From positions 6,865 to 70,864 of the forward strand of contig JACQWM010000007.1 of the NCBI GenBank assembly GCA_016209275.1: a stretch of DNA of 64,000 nt, in the 5' to 3' direction. Below the pieces are notes generated by a model that had not been told where the DNA came from, did not search any database, and saw only the letters and a program-made list of their open reading frames with translations. The position numbers were made by a program, and so were the translations under genes. This document shows positions 45,282-54,715 of this stretch, piece after piece. The number at the start of each line of letters is the position of its first letter. Positions within the stretch are counted from its first letter, which is position 1. The DNA comes from Candidatus Omnitrophota bacterium. GTDB lineage: Bacteria; Omnitrophota; Gorgyraeia; Aquiviventales; Aquiviventaceae.

Positions 45282-46975
45282 GTGCTGTGTATTTCGGATG
45301 GTGGATGGTGGATGGTGGATTGCGCTTTACTGGAATCCGCAATCGAAAATCGAAAATCCAAAATTCGTTGTGATGTTCGCCTCGCATACAGCCACCATTC
45401 GATCACGAGCAGCGCTAAGACGGCCAGCAAGAGCCATGGGGCCAGCGGAAGCATCGTCGGCTGCGCCGCCGCCGACGGCGGACGCTCTTCAGCCAGCGGC
45501 CGCCATGTCGAGGTCCGGTCCATCAGATTCGACTCGAGCGCGTTGAAGAGCCCTGTGGCGTGCGCGGCGTCTCCCATCAGCCACCGCAGGCTGTTGAACA
45601 CGACGACAATGGCCGTCGTGGTGTCGTGGCTGATCGAGGGATCAAAGCGCAGGGTCACGCGGCGAACCCCCTGGGGCGCATCGGCCAATACCACGGGAAT
45701 TTTCCGGCCGTTGCGCACCGCGGAGATGACGGCAACAGCGCTGGTGTCGGCCGTGGCTGCCGGATTCAACGCCACTGACACGACATCGACCGGCGCCACA
45801 TACGCGCCCAGGGGATGGTCATTGGCCACCAGCCAATGCACAGGAGTGGACTGACGTGGCGCGTTGGCTGAGAGGTCGAATCGCAGCACGGCGGACGGTT
45901 GCCAACCGCTCATCACCTCGCGGTCGGTGATCAGGACGAATGGCGCATCGGCCGCAGGCGGTTCGGTGCTCCATTGGAGCGCTGCGCATGCGGTGAGCCA
46001 CTCCCTGAGGCCGCGCTGCAGTTCCGGGGAGGCCACGCGCAAGACCACGGGCAAGGTCGCGTGCTGCGGGATGGTCAGATGCGCCGCATTATCGAGGCTG
46101 AGCGCATCGGGCTGGGCTTGCAGTTGCACCTCAATGTCCCCGGCGGCGTTCGCGGGCAGGCTCAGCGCTTCCACGCGGCGCGCCCCGGCCTCCAGCCGAA
46201 GGCTGGATTGCGCCAATGGCGCGCCGCCCTGCAGGACGCGCACCGTCACCGTTGAGGGTTCGGAAGAAAAATTGTGGATCGTCGCCGCCAGGTGCGCCCC
46301 GTCCGCCGCGCACAGCGGCCCCCGCGCTTCGACACCTGCCAGCGCGACATTGGCCAGTGTTTCTCCCACGCCGAGCCATTGCACGCGGGCCGGCAAACCT
46401 TCAGGCCGCGGCTCATCGGTTGCGACGATGATCTCATCAGGCGGCTTCGGCAGCATCGCGCTTCCCAGGCGCACCGCGGAGGCCAAATTGCCGCCCAGGG
46501 CCGCTGTGCGCTGCTCATCGAGGGCGCGATGGATCGTGGCCGCATCGCTTCTCGGATGCGCCACGGCCGGCTGCAGCGGCGCTGTCGCCACCAGCATCAC
46601 CTCATCAGCCGCAGACCGCTCCATTAATCGCCGCCGAAGCGCGGTGCGAGCGCGATCGAATGCAGCGCTGCCGCTGCGCCGCGCGGCCATGCTGGCCGAT
46701 GTATCGAGAATCGCCAGGACGGTGCGTCCGCCTGGATGGCGAAGGGCTGGCCGAGCCAGGGCGAGGGCTAAGAGGATCGCGCCGGCGAGCTGCATCCAGA
46801 AAAGCGGGTTGACCACCAGATGCGTCCGTCGACGGGCAGCGCGGCGCAGCAGGTGCTCAAACGGGATCAGGCTGGGAATCTGAAGGCGCCGCCGGCTGGC
46901 CGCCAGCCGCCACAACCAGAGCACCACCGGCACGCTGAGCAATCCGAGAAAACCTAGAGGAGAAAGAAATGACAT
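45278..46975 (-). CDS. BatA-like VWA-domain protein (aerotolerance-regulator N-terminal domain)
   Basis: N-terminus MSFLSPLGFLGLLSVPVVLWLW...LVVNPLFWMQL fits the BatA N-terminal TM motif. MIDAS DTSAS. 565 aa. Confidence 0.75.
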   Translation of the reverse strand: MSFLSPLGFLGLLSVPVVLWLWRLAASRRRLQIPSLIPFEHLLRRAARRRTHLVVNPLFWMQLAGAILLALALARPALRHPGGRTVLAILDTSASMAARRSGSAAFDRARTALRRRLMERSAADEVMLVATAPLQPAVAHPRSDAATIHRALDEQRTAALGGNLASAVRLGSAMLPKPPDEIIVATDEPRPEGLPARVQWLGVGETLANVALAGVEARGPLCAADGAHLAATIHNFSSEPSTVTVRVLQGGAPLAQSSLRLEAGARRVEALSLPANAAGDIEVQLQAQPDALSLDNAAHLTIPQHATLPVVLRVASPELQRGLREWLTACAALQWSTEPPAADAPFVLITDREVMSGWQPSAVLRFDLSANAPRQSTPVHWLVANDHPLGAYVAPVDVVSVALNPAATADTSAVAVISAVRNGRKIPVVLADAPQGVRRVTLRFDPSISHDTTTAIVVVFNSLRWLMGDAAHATGLFNALESNLMDRTSTWRPLAEERPPSAAAQPTMLPLAPWLLLAVLALLVIEWWLYARRTSQRILDFRFSIADSSKAQSTIHHPPSEIHST

Positions 46976-46985
46976 CTATGGAAAT

Positions 46986-47116
46986 TATCAATAACCAAGC
47001 ACCAATAACCAAACAATGACCAATGTTCCAATGACCGAATTACCAAACGATGTGGTCATTGGTGATTCAGTCATTGGGAATTGTTTGGTGATTGGAATTT
47101 GGTAATTGGTTATTGG
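46986..47116. repeat. CCAA-heptamer inverted-array element, copy B (inside the Bat-like operon)
   Basis: ataaCCAAgcaCCAAtaaCCAAacaatgaCCAAtgttCCAAtgaccgaattaCCAAacg | atgtggtcaTTGGtgattcagtcaTTGGgaattgtTTGGtgaTTGGaatTTGGtaaTTGGttaTTGG. It lies between the GT2/ligase stop (47067) and the batA-like start (46975). Confidence 0.75.
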
Positions 47117-48959
47117 CAGCTAATCCGTGAATTGAACCGAGCCACAGCCAGAAGCCCAGATTGGTGTGCGACGAATAGAGCGCTGATTCAAACACGCCGA
47201 CCACCAGAAACGCCACCACCCCGCAGCCTAAGGCGGCGGCCAGCAGCGCCGTCTCTCGATCGCTCGAACGGAGCAGCCGCCGAAACGCCCGGCCTGTCTG
47301 CGCGATGATGCCGGCAAACGCGATCAACCCGATCGCTCCTAATTCGGCAGCCAGATGCAGATAATGGTTATGCGCGTACGCCGAATGGATGGGATCCCAG
47401 GACAACTTATACCGGTCATAATTCTTAATGAACGTGTTGACGCCCACACCGATGACCGGATGCGCGGCGAACATCCGCCAGGCGGCGGCCCAGATTTGCG
47501 GCCGCTCCGGCTGAATCAGCGCATCCCACCACGACGGTTGGCTCGCGGCCCAGGCGCGCACAGGAGCCGGCAACAACAGCAGCAGAAGGACTCCGGCCGC
47601 CGCCAGTCCGGCTAACAGAGGCCAGGCTCGCCGCACGACACAGAACACCAGCAGGCTCGCGGCCACCGCCGTGACCCCGGGACGCGAGTAGCTCAACACC
47701 AGCGCGCACGATAGCAGAGCCACGACCAACCACCGCCACCATCGACGCACCGCATCCCCCGCCGTGATGGCCGCCACCACGCAGAGGGGAAAGACGCTGG
47801 CCGCAAAGATGCCGAAATCATTCGCGTGGCCGAACGTCGCGGTCAGCCGCGGCAGGCCCCCCGGGGCATGGCCGGCCGCGCGGCCCCGCAGCGGATCAAC
47901 ACCGAAGGCGAGTTGCAGCAGCCCATCGATGGAGACGATCGCCGCGGACAGCACGACGGCGGATAACACGGCGCGCAGGCGGGACGGCCGGTTGAGCGTC
48001 TCGGCCGCCACCCAACAGATCAGGACCGCTTGCGCGATTTTGAAGAGTCCTTGCACGCTCGCGCGAAGCGCCACCGAATGCCACATCGACACCACCCCGG
48101 CCGCGAACCACACGCAGAACCATACGTTGACCGCGAGCTGCGGAGGCCGCAGGCTGCGCGTTCGCAGCTTGCCCAGCACCCAGGAGGTGACGGCGATTCC
48201 CACCGCAAGGTTCTTCAGCGCAGGGGCGAGCGGCCAAAACAGCACGGCCAGCCAGATCGAGGCAAACGTCACCTCATCAGCGGTGAGGCGCAGCCAGCGC
48301 TTGCGCAGCAACAGCCGCACGCAGCCCCACCCATCGCGCAGAGGTGCGAGCTTGCTGCGCCCGATGCGGGAGGCATAGCCGATGGGGATTTCCTCCGCGC
48401 GCAGGTTCGCCACGGCGAACGCTTCGACTTTGATCTCGTGCGAAAACGGAATGCCGGAATCTGCGAGATGCAATTGCTTGAGCGCCGAGGCGCGGATCGC
48501 CCACATGCCGGAGAGCGAATCGCGCAGCGACAAGCCGAAGCACCAATTCGCCAGCAGGGTGAGGACCCCATTGCCCACGCGGCTGACCCACGACATGGCC
48601 CGCGGCTGCTGCAGCGGGAAGCGCGAGCCGTTGACGAAATCCAGCTGCCGCCGGGCCAGCGTCTGCACCAGCGGCTCGATGGCGGAGAGCGGATACGTGC
48701 CGTCGCCGTCAAGCTTCACGATGACGTCGCCCGTCGCTTCCCGCAACCCGCGGCGGCAGGCCTCCCCGTAGCCGGGCCGCGTCTCGGCCGCCACCCGAAC
48801 GCCCGCAGCGCTGGCGACGGCGGCGGTCTCATCGGTGGAGCCGTTATCGACAACCACCACCTCATCGACGCTGCGGGGCATCTTCGGCAGCATCTGCCGC
48901 AAGCCATCGGCCTCATTCAGGCACGGAATAATCACGCTCACCCGCAGGCCATCAATCAT
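47067..48959 (-). CDS. fusion of a family-2 glycosyltransferase (DPM1-like) and an O-antigen-ligase/Wzy-like polytopic domain
   Basis: N-terminal GT2 motifs (VSVIIPCLNE, VVVDNGSTD, DGDG). C-terminal ~400 aa with ≥10 TM helices typical of O-antigen ligase-type proteins. 4-nt overlap with DUF58. Confidence 0.65.
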   Translation of the reverse strand: MIDGLRVSVIIPCLNEADGLRQMLPKMPRSVDEVVVVDNGSTDETAAVASAAGVRVAAETRPGYGEACRRGLREATGDVIVKLDGDGTYPLSAIEPLVQTLARRQLDFVNGSRFPLQQPRAMSWVSRVGNGVLTLLANWCFGLSLRDSLSGMWAIRASALKQLHLADSGIPFSHEIKVEAFAVANLRAEEIPIGYASRIGRSKLAPLRDGWGCVRLLLRKRWLRLTADEVTFASIWLAVLFWPLAPALKNLAVGIAVTSWVLGKLRTRSLRPPQLAVNVWFCVWFAAGVVSMWHSVALRASVQGLFKIAQAVLICWVAAETLNRPSRLRAVLSAVVLSAAIVSIDGLLQLAFGVDPLRGRAAGHAPGGLPRLTATFGHANDFGIFAASVFPLCVVAAITAGDAVRRWWRWLVVALLSCALVLSYSRPGVTAVAASLLVFCVVRRAWPLLAGLAAAGVLLLLLLPAPVRAWAASQPSWWDALIQPERPQIWAAAWRMFAAHPVIGVGVNTFIKNYDRYKLSWDPIHSAYAHNHYLHLAAELGAIGLIAFAGIIAQTGRAFRRLLRSSDRETALLAAALGCGVVAFLVVGVFESALYSSHTNLGFWLWLGSIHGLAANNQLPNSNHQTIPND

Positions 48960-49861
48960 TCAAGAAAGCCTCGGTGTGGCAGCACGTTCGTCACAAACGA
49001 GGCGAGAGATTCATCCAGCCGGTGCTGCGCAAAGGCGATGCCGTGCCGCTTGCAAAATCGCGCGAGCAATTCGTTGTGGCCAGTGACCGCCTGCTCAAGC
49101 TCGGCTGTGCTGTACGCGAGCTGATGCGTGTCGCCGGTTTCGGCGTCGACGACCATGCCCGCGCGCGAGAGCTGTGCGGGATGCAATTCTTGCGGGCTGA
49201 TGACCTGGATCACTTTCACCTCGAGATTGCGGATGGCCAGCAGGTGCAGCGCTTGGAAAAATTCCGCCGGGCGCACCATGCCGTCGGTGACCACGATGGC
49301 CTGCCCGCCGTGCATGCGCAGACTGATCGCCGCCCGGCGCACCCACTCGGCCAGCGCCACCGGCCCTCCCAGGACGGCCGCATCGGCGGCTCCCGCCATG
49401 CGCGAGAGCTCCGCCCGCTGATGGAACCAGGGGCTCGAGGCGATTGGCCCAGGCTTGATCCAACTGAAGCGCACGTAATGGCCGTCGCTGATCCCGATGT
49501 AGCCGAGGCTCACCGCTAGGTGGCGCGCGCGGATGAATTTCTCGGCGGTCGGCAACCCCATGGACGGGGTGGCATCCACCAAAATCTCCACCGAGAGGGC
49601 AATTTCCTCTTTATACGTTTTGACGAACAGTTTTTCCAAGCGGGCGTAGAGGCTCCAGTCGATGGCGCGGATGTCATCGCCGGCGTAATACGGCGCATAG
49701 TCGGCAAATTCGATCGAGGAGCCGCGCCGGCTGACGGTGAAGCGCCCCCCGAGCCGGTGCCCTGCCCGCACGGACTTGATGGAGAGCTCCAATGTGTCGA
49801 GCCGATTGATATAGGCTGGCGTGAGCCAATCTATCGTCATGGAGACGCAGCGGTTCCGCAC
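48956..49861 (-). CDS. DUF58-family protein (MoxR partner)
   Basis: DUF58 core (GSSIEFADYAPYYAGDDIRAIDW) and its characteristic position downstream of moxR. Confidence 0.75.
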   Translation of the reverse strand: MRNRCVSMTIDWLTPAYINRLDTLELSIKSVRAGHRLGGRFTVSRRGSSIEFADYAPYYAGDDIRAIDWSLYARLEKLFVKTYKEEIALSVEILVDATPSMGLPTAEKFIRARHLAVSLGYIGISDGHYVRFSWIKPGPIASSPWFHQRAELSRMAGAADAAVLGGPVALAEWVRRAAISLRMHGGQAIVVTDGMVRPAEFFQALHLLAIRNLEVKVIQVISPQELHPAQLSRAGMVVDAETGDTHQLAYSTAELEQAVTGHNELLARFCKRHGIAFAQHRLDESLASFVTNVLPHRGFLE

Positions 49862-49906
49862 ACCAGGTAGCGCAGGTTTAAACCTGCGCTACCTGGTGTG
49901 CGCTAC

Positions 49907-50920
49907 TCACTTTCTCACTAACTCTCGTTTGGTAGGCGACAGGAGTTCTGTCAAGATGTCCAGCGCTGAACGCTTCTCGGCTTCGGCCTCGAAGGAGAGG
50001 ATGACGCGGTGGGAGAGCGCTGGCAGGGCGACCGCGTCCGCATCCTCGAAGCTCACGTTGACGCGGCCGGCCATGAGTGCTGAGACTTTGGCCCCCATGA
50101 GGATGGCCTGCGCGCCGCGCGGGGAAGCCCCATACCGCAACCAGCGATTCGCCGCGTGGGCGGCATCCTCGTCATTCGGCCGCGTGGCGGTGACCAGCTT
50201 CACGATGTACGCTTCCACTTCGCGCGCCACCAGGACCTCGCGCACCAGCCGGCGGGCGTTCATGATCCACTCCTGCGCCTTCGCCTGCGGCAGCACCGGT
50301 TTGGCCGAGACGATCTCGGCCGTGGTCGTCTGCTGCAGGATGCGCGAAAGATCCTCTGACGACGGGTAGCCGATGAACAGTTTAAAGAGAAAACGGTCGA
50401 GCTGTGCTTCGGGCAGCGGAAATGTCCCTTCCATTTCAATGGGATTCTGTGTGGCCATGACGAAAAACGGCTCCTCCAGCTTCATCGTGGCACCGGCGAT
50501 GGACACTTGCCGCTCTTCCATGGCCTCGAGGAGTGCCGACTGCGTCTTGGGTGTGGCCCGGTTGATTTCATCGGCGAGCAGGATGTGCGTGAACACCGGG
50601 CCTTTCGTAAACTCAAACGCCTTATGCCCGTCGCGTTCAACGACCAATTGCGTGCCGAGGATATCTGAGGGCATCAAATCCGGCGTGCACTGGATGCGCT
50701 TAAACGACAGGCCGAGCACGCCGGCCACCGACTTGGCCAGCAGCGTTTTGCCTAACCCTGGCACCCCTTCCAGCAGAATGTGGCCGCCGGCAAACAGCGC
50801 AATCAGCAACCGCTCGACCGCCTCCTGCTGGCCGACGACGACGCGGGAGAGCTCCTCGCGCAACGCGGCAAACGTCTCCCGAAACTCCTCCGGCTGCACC
50901 GCTAATTTCTGCGTGGTCAT
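49907..50920 (-). CDS. moxR: MoxR-family AAA+ ATPase
   Basis: ATG at 50920 (MTTQKLAV) verified. Walker A GVPGLGKT, Walker B ILLADEINRA, sensor motifs. The 119-aa ORF-track N-terminal extension is rejected as unrelated low-complexity sequence. Confidence 0.85.
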   Translation of the reverse strand: MTTQKLAVQPEEFRETFAALREELSRVVVGQQEAVERLLIALFAGGHILLEGVPGLGKTLLAKSVAGVLGLSFKRIQCTPDLMPSDILGTQLVVERDGHKAFEFTKGPVFTHILLADEINRATPKTQSALLEAMEERQVSIAGATMKLEEPFFVMATQNPIEMEGTFPLPEAQLDRFLFKLFIGYPSSEDLSRILQQTTTAEIVSAKPVLPQAKAQEWIMNARRLVREVLVAREVEAYIVKLVTATRPNDEDAAHAANRWLRYGASPRGAQAILMGAKVSALMAGRVNVSFEDADAVALPALSHRVILSFEAEAEKRSALDILTELLSPTKRELVRK

Positions 50921-50936
50921 GGCTTCCTTTCCTAAA

Positions 50937-52439
50937 TTATGGGTTGCTCCGACGGTGGAGCTGGTCGAAGATCGGTTGATATTCCGGCGGGACGGATTGG
51001 CGCGTGGTCGCACGCTCCTCCAGAGGCTGATCAGAGAGCTGGGCGTCTTCCGGCTGCGCTTTTGGCGCGTCTTTCGCAACCGCGCCGGAGGGCGTGCCCG
51101 TACCGCCGCTGGCTCGTCCCTGCTTTGTCGGCGCCGTATCCGTCTGCAACTGGATCGGCACCGGTTTGCCGGTTGAAGGATCAATCGGTGTGGCTGCGCC
51201 GTAGAGATTTGGGTCGGTGCCCTGGCCGGCGTTTGGCATCTGTTGCTCTTGGTCAAGTTTGGCTTGCAATTGTTCAAGCTGCCCGGAAACTTGCTGCAGC
51301 AAGGCGTGGATGTCCGCTTTCATGTCGGCGGCGCCGGCCTGCTCAGAGGTCGTGCCTGGCTGCTGTCCTGCTTCGCCCGAGCCTTGGTGGGGCTTCGCAG
51401 CAGCGAGCCCTTGAGAGGGTTGCTTGCCCTGCTGGCCTGGCTTGGTCTTGCTGCCGGCAGCCTGTTGCGCGGCTTGCCGCTGCCCCTGTTGCTGACCCTG
51501 TTGTTGACCCTGCTGCTGAGCTGACTGCTGCCCTTGCTGTTGGCCTTGTGTTTGCTGCTGGCCGGCTTGTTGTTGAGCGCCTTTTCCCTGCTGCTGGGTG
51601 CTTTGTTGTGATGAGTTTCCGGAATCCTTTTTGTTGTTGGACTGATTTTGATTTTGGTTTTGGTTTTGGTTTTGGTTTTGATTCTGGCTCTGATTTTGGT
51701 TTTGGTTCTGATTCTGCGCCCCCTGGTTTCCTGCGCAGTCACACGATGATTGTTGTTGCCCGCCACCCGACATGCTCATGCCGGCCCGCCCCGGCTCACT
51801 GTTCTGGTGTTGGCGGGCCGGGGGCGGCGCCCCCCCCTGCTGCATGTCGGAAGCACTCTTCGAGGATGACGGCGCTTCCGGCGCCTTCGGCTTCTGCTCG
51901 TCGGGCTGTGGTTGCTGAGGTGAAGCTCCGGGTGGTACGGCAGGAGGTTTCGATGCTTGGGTGAATTGACGCAACACCGTTTTCGGCGCCGGCCAGATGA
52001 GGAGCAGAATCAGCAGCGCTGAAAGCGCGGTGGCCCATCCATCAACAGGACGCGGAAGGCGGATTCGATCGGTGCGCACGCGCTGCGCGAGGTCTTCGAG
52101 CAGCATCGGGTAGAGGGCGGGCGGCTCAGGGGCGGCGGAGAATTGTTCGGCGGTTAGCAAGCGCTGCTGCAATCCGAGGGTGGCGTCAAGCCACTGCGCG
52201 CCGGCCCGCGAGGCGCGCCATCGCCGCCGGCTCCGCCACGCCAGCCCGAGGGCGAGGAGGACCAGCAGCAGCGCCGCCGCGGCGACGCTGACCGAGAGCC
52301 GAACACCGGCAAGCCGCAGCCGCCAGGCGAGGGCCATTGCCATCGCCCCGCCCAACCCGGCCAGCACGCCGGTGTTGGCGAACAGCGCTTGGCGATACCG
52401 GGCAGCGAAGCGGCGCGTCTGCCTGAGGGGATCACTCAT
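50937..52439 (-). CDS. two-TM membrane protein with a long Q/N/G-rich low-complexity domain (QNQNQN, QQQGQQQ)
   Basis: Two N-terminal hydrophobic helices, a third TM around 150, then >200 aa of Gln/Asn/Gly/Ser/Pro low complexity including (QN)n encoded by hexanucleotide repeats. It is the first gene of the Bat-like block, 17 nt upstream of moxR. Confidence 0.5.
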   Translation of the reverse strand: MSDPLRQTRRFAARYRQALFANTGVLAGLGGAMAMALAWRLRLAGVRLSVSVAAAALLLVLLALGLAWRSRRRWRASRAGAQWLDATLGLQQRLLTAEQFSAAPEPPALYPMLLEDLAQRVRTDRIRLPRPVDGWATALSALLILLLIWPAPKTVLRQFTQASKPPAVPPGASPQQPQPDEQKPKAPEAPSSSKSASDMQQGGAPPPARQHQNSEPGRAGMSMSGGGQQQSSCDCAGNQGAQNQNQNQNQSQNQNQNQNQNQNQNQSNNKKDSGNSSQQSTQQQGKGAQQQAGQQQTQGQQQGQQSAQQQGQQQGQQQGQRQAAQQAAGSKTKPGQQGKQPSQGLAAAKPHQGSGEAGQQPGTTSEQAGAADMKADIHALLQQVSGQLEQLQAKLDQEQQMPNAGQGTDPNLYGAATPIDPSTGKPVPIQLQTDTAPTKQGRASGGTGTPSGAVAKDAPKAQPEDAQLSDQPLEERATTRQSVPPEYQPIFDQLHRRSNP

Positions 52440-52471
52440 CTGGTGGTGTGCGTTGAATGCTGGAAGATCGC

Positions 52472-52837
52472 TTACGATGCCGAGAGGGCGCGCGCGTCAA
52501 AATGGCCGTCGATCTGGCGGCCGTCGCGCACCGTCTCATCCACCCACACGCGCGTCAACTGACCGGACCACCCAGCACCAACGGTGCTCGGGCCATGACC
52601 CAGCTGATCGGCCAGGGTCTTGCGCTCATGCCGCTCATTGATTTTGTCCATCTGTTTCTCAACGACGAAGCCGGCGAGCAAGCCAACGAGCCCGCCGAGG
52701 GGTGCCCCGATGCCTGGGGCGATGGCGGAGCCGGCAATGGCGCCGGCCGTATAGCCTGCCTGTGATGGCGGAAGGCTGGCGCACCCGGCGACCAAGACTC
52801 CGGCCGTCGCCATCGCAAATAATCGACGCCTGCGCAT
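52472..52837 (-). CDS. glycine-zipper lipoprotein
   Basis: Lipobox LVAGC, then a Gly-zipper (GAIAGSAIAPGIGAPLGGLVGLLAG). Confidence 0.5.
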   Translation of the reverse strand: MRRRRLFAMATAGVLVAGCASLPPSQAGYTAGAIAGSAIAPGIGAPLGGLVGLLAGFVVEKQMDKINERHERKTLADQLGHGPSTVGAGWSGQLTRVWVDETVRDGRQIDGHFDARALSAS

Positions 52838-52898
52838 AAAACCATGCTACTCTAACTCGTGCCTCTTGACAAGCGACGAGCTGGTTGAAAGAATAGAG

Positions 52899-52938
52899 CG
52901 ATATCAGATATGAAATGGCCATTTCATATCTGATATCG
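52899..52938. repeat. 40-nt perfect palindrome identical to 9892-9931 (GATATCAGATAT family)
   Basis: Read directly. It ends 4 nt before the ATG (52943) of the gldA-like ABC gene, in a divergent intergenic region. Confidence 0.9.
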
Positions 52939-52942
52939 CCTT

Positions 52943-53926
52943 ATGACGCTTCCCATTGAAGTCGCCAACCTCACGAAGCGCTACGACAACGTCACTGCGC
53001 TCTCCGGCATCTCCTTTAGCGTCCACCCCGGCGAGATCATGGGGTTCTTAGGACCTAACGGTGCGGGCAAAACCACCACACTGCGCATCCTGACCGGCAT
53101 CATCGCGCCGACCGCCGGCACGGTCCGCATCGATGGGCTTGATGTGACGGCCCATCCGCTGGAGGTCCGCCGGCTCATCGGCTACCTGCCGGAAAACGTG
53201 GCCCTCTACCATGAGCTGCGGGTTGAAGAGTACCTTTCGTATCGCGCCGCCATCAAAGGCGTGCCGAAGACCGCGCGGCGATCGCGGCTTGAGGCCGCGA
53301 TGGCGCAATGCGATATCGTGGATATGCGTCGGCGGCTCATCGGCCGGCTCTCCAAAGGCTACCGCCAACGGGTTGCCTTAGCGGATTGCCTCTTAGCGCA
53401 ACCGAAAATCTTGATTCTGGATGAGCCCACCGTTGGGCTGGACCCCCACCAAATCCGCCAAACTCGAGAACTCATTACGACCCTCGGACGCTCCGCCACC
53501 GTCTTGCTCTCCACGCATATCCTGCCGGAGGTGGAGATGACCTGCCAGCGGGTCGCGATCATCCATCAGGGACGCATCATCGCCGTTGATACCCCGGCGT
53601 CGCTTCGCCAGCGCCTGCAGGGCAACCCCATGATCCGCGTCCAACTGCGCGGCAACGCCGGCGATATCGAAACCGCCTTGAAGCAGCTGCCCGGCGTGGC
53701 ACGGGTCATGCCCAAAGGCCCGGCGAACGGATCCGCCGCCTTCGAAGTGGAACCCTCACCCGGCGTTGACGTCCGTGAGGCCATCTTTCACCTCGCGGTG
53801 GCGCGCCAGTGGACGCTGCAAGAACTCGCGCAAACGCAGATCTCGCTCGAAGATGTCTTCATCCACCTCACCACCAAGGAAGCGGAACCCTCAGACTCCC
53901 CCCTGACTTACTCACTCACTCGCTAA
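52943..53926 (+). CDS. ABC transporter ATP-binding protein (GldA-like, ABC-2 type)
   Basis: Walker A GPNGAGKTT, signature LSKGYRQR, Walker B ILILDEPTVGLD. Confidence 0.85.
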   Translation: MTLPIEVANLTKRYDNVTALSGISFSVHPGEIMGFLGPNGAGKTTTLRILTGIIAPTAGTVRIDGLDVTAHPLEVRRLIGYLPENVALYHELRVEEYLSYRAAIKGVPKTARRSRLEAAMAQCDIVDMRRRLIGRLSKGYRQRVALADCLLAQPKILILDEPTVGLDPHQIRQTRELITTLGRSATVLLSTHILPEVEMTCQRVAIIHQGRIIAVDTPASLRQRLQGNPMIRVQLRGNAGDIETALKQLPGVARVMPKGPANGSAAFEVEPSPGVDVREAIFHLAVARQWTLQELAQTQISLEDVFIHLTTKEAEPSDSPLTYSLTR

Positions 53927-53930
53927 AAAC

Positions 53931-54680
53931 ATGACCACGCTCTGGACCTTGACCCTTCGCGAACTGAAAGCCTTTTGGTATTCGCCGATCGCCTACGCGG
54001 TCAGCGGACTGTTTCTACTCTTGCAAGGTGTCGTGTTCACGATTCTGTTGGCCGTCCTTGTCGACCCGCGATTTGATCCGACGGTCACGACGATCACGCA
54101 GCTGTTCTTCGGCGGCACGGTGTACTTCTGGTTCATGGGGCTCATCATTCCCTCGCTGCTGACCATGCGCGCGTTCAGCGAAGAAACGCGCAGCGGCACC
54201 ATCGAAGCGCTGCTGACCGCTCCGGTGACGGAAACCCAGGTCGTGCTGGCCAAGTTCCTGGGGGCGTGGCTGAACTACATCGCGCTCTGGGCATCCACCG
54301 CGGTGTTCTTCCTGGTCTTGCGGCGATTTCTGCCGTTTGACTGGGGCCCGGTGCTCACGGGGTACCTTGGCACGTGGCTGATGGGCGGCGTGCTCATTGC
54401 CGTCGGCGTTCTGGCCTCGAGCTTGACGCGCAATCAGGTCATTGCCGCCGTGCTATCGTTCGTCGCGATCCTGCTGCTCTTCTCCATCGGCATCTTGGAT
54501 GTGTTTGTGCAGGATCCCGAAGGCAGCAAGATGATCCAATACTTCTCGCTGCTGGAGCAGCTGCATGGCTTTTCGAAGGGCCTCATCGACACGCGGCCGA
54601 TCGTGCTCTACGCCAGCATCGCCTCGATCGCGCTGTTTCTGACGGGCCGCGTCATCAGCAACCCGAGATGGCGATCATGA
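53931..54680 (+). CDS. ABC-2 family permease (GldF-like)
   Basis: Six-TM 249-aa protein immediately after the ATPase. Confidence 0.7.
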   Translation: MTTLWTLTLRELKAFWYSPIAYAVSGLFLLLQGVVFTILLAVLVDPRFDPTVTTITQLFFGGTVYFWFMGLIIPSLLTMRAFSEETRSGTIEALLTAPVTETQVVLAKFLGAWLNYIALWASTAVFFLVLRRFLPFDWGPVLTGYLGTWLMGGVLIAVGVLASSLTRNQVIAAVLSFVAILLLFSIGILDVFVQDPEGSKMIQYFSLLEQLHGFSKGLIDTRPIVLYASIASIALFLTGRVISNPRWRS

Positions 54681-54715
54681 ACAGACAGCACATAGCAGAT
54701 AGCAGATAGCCATAC

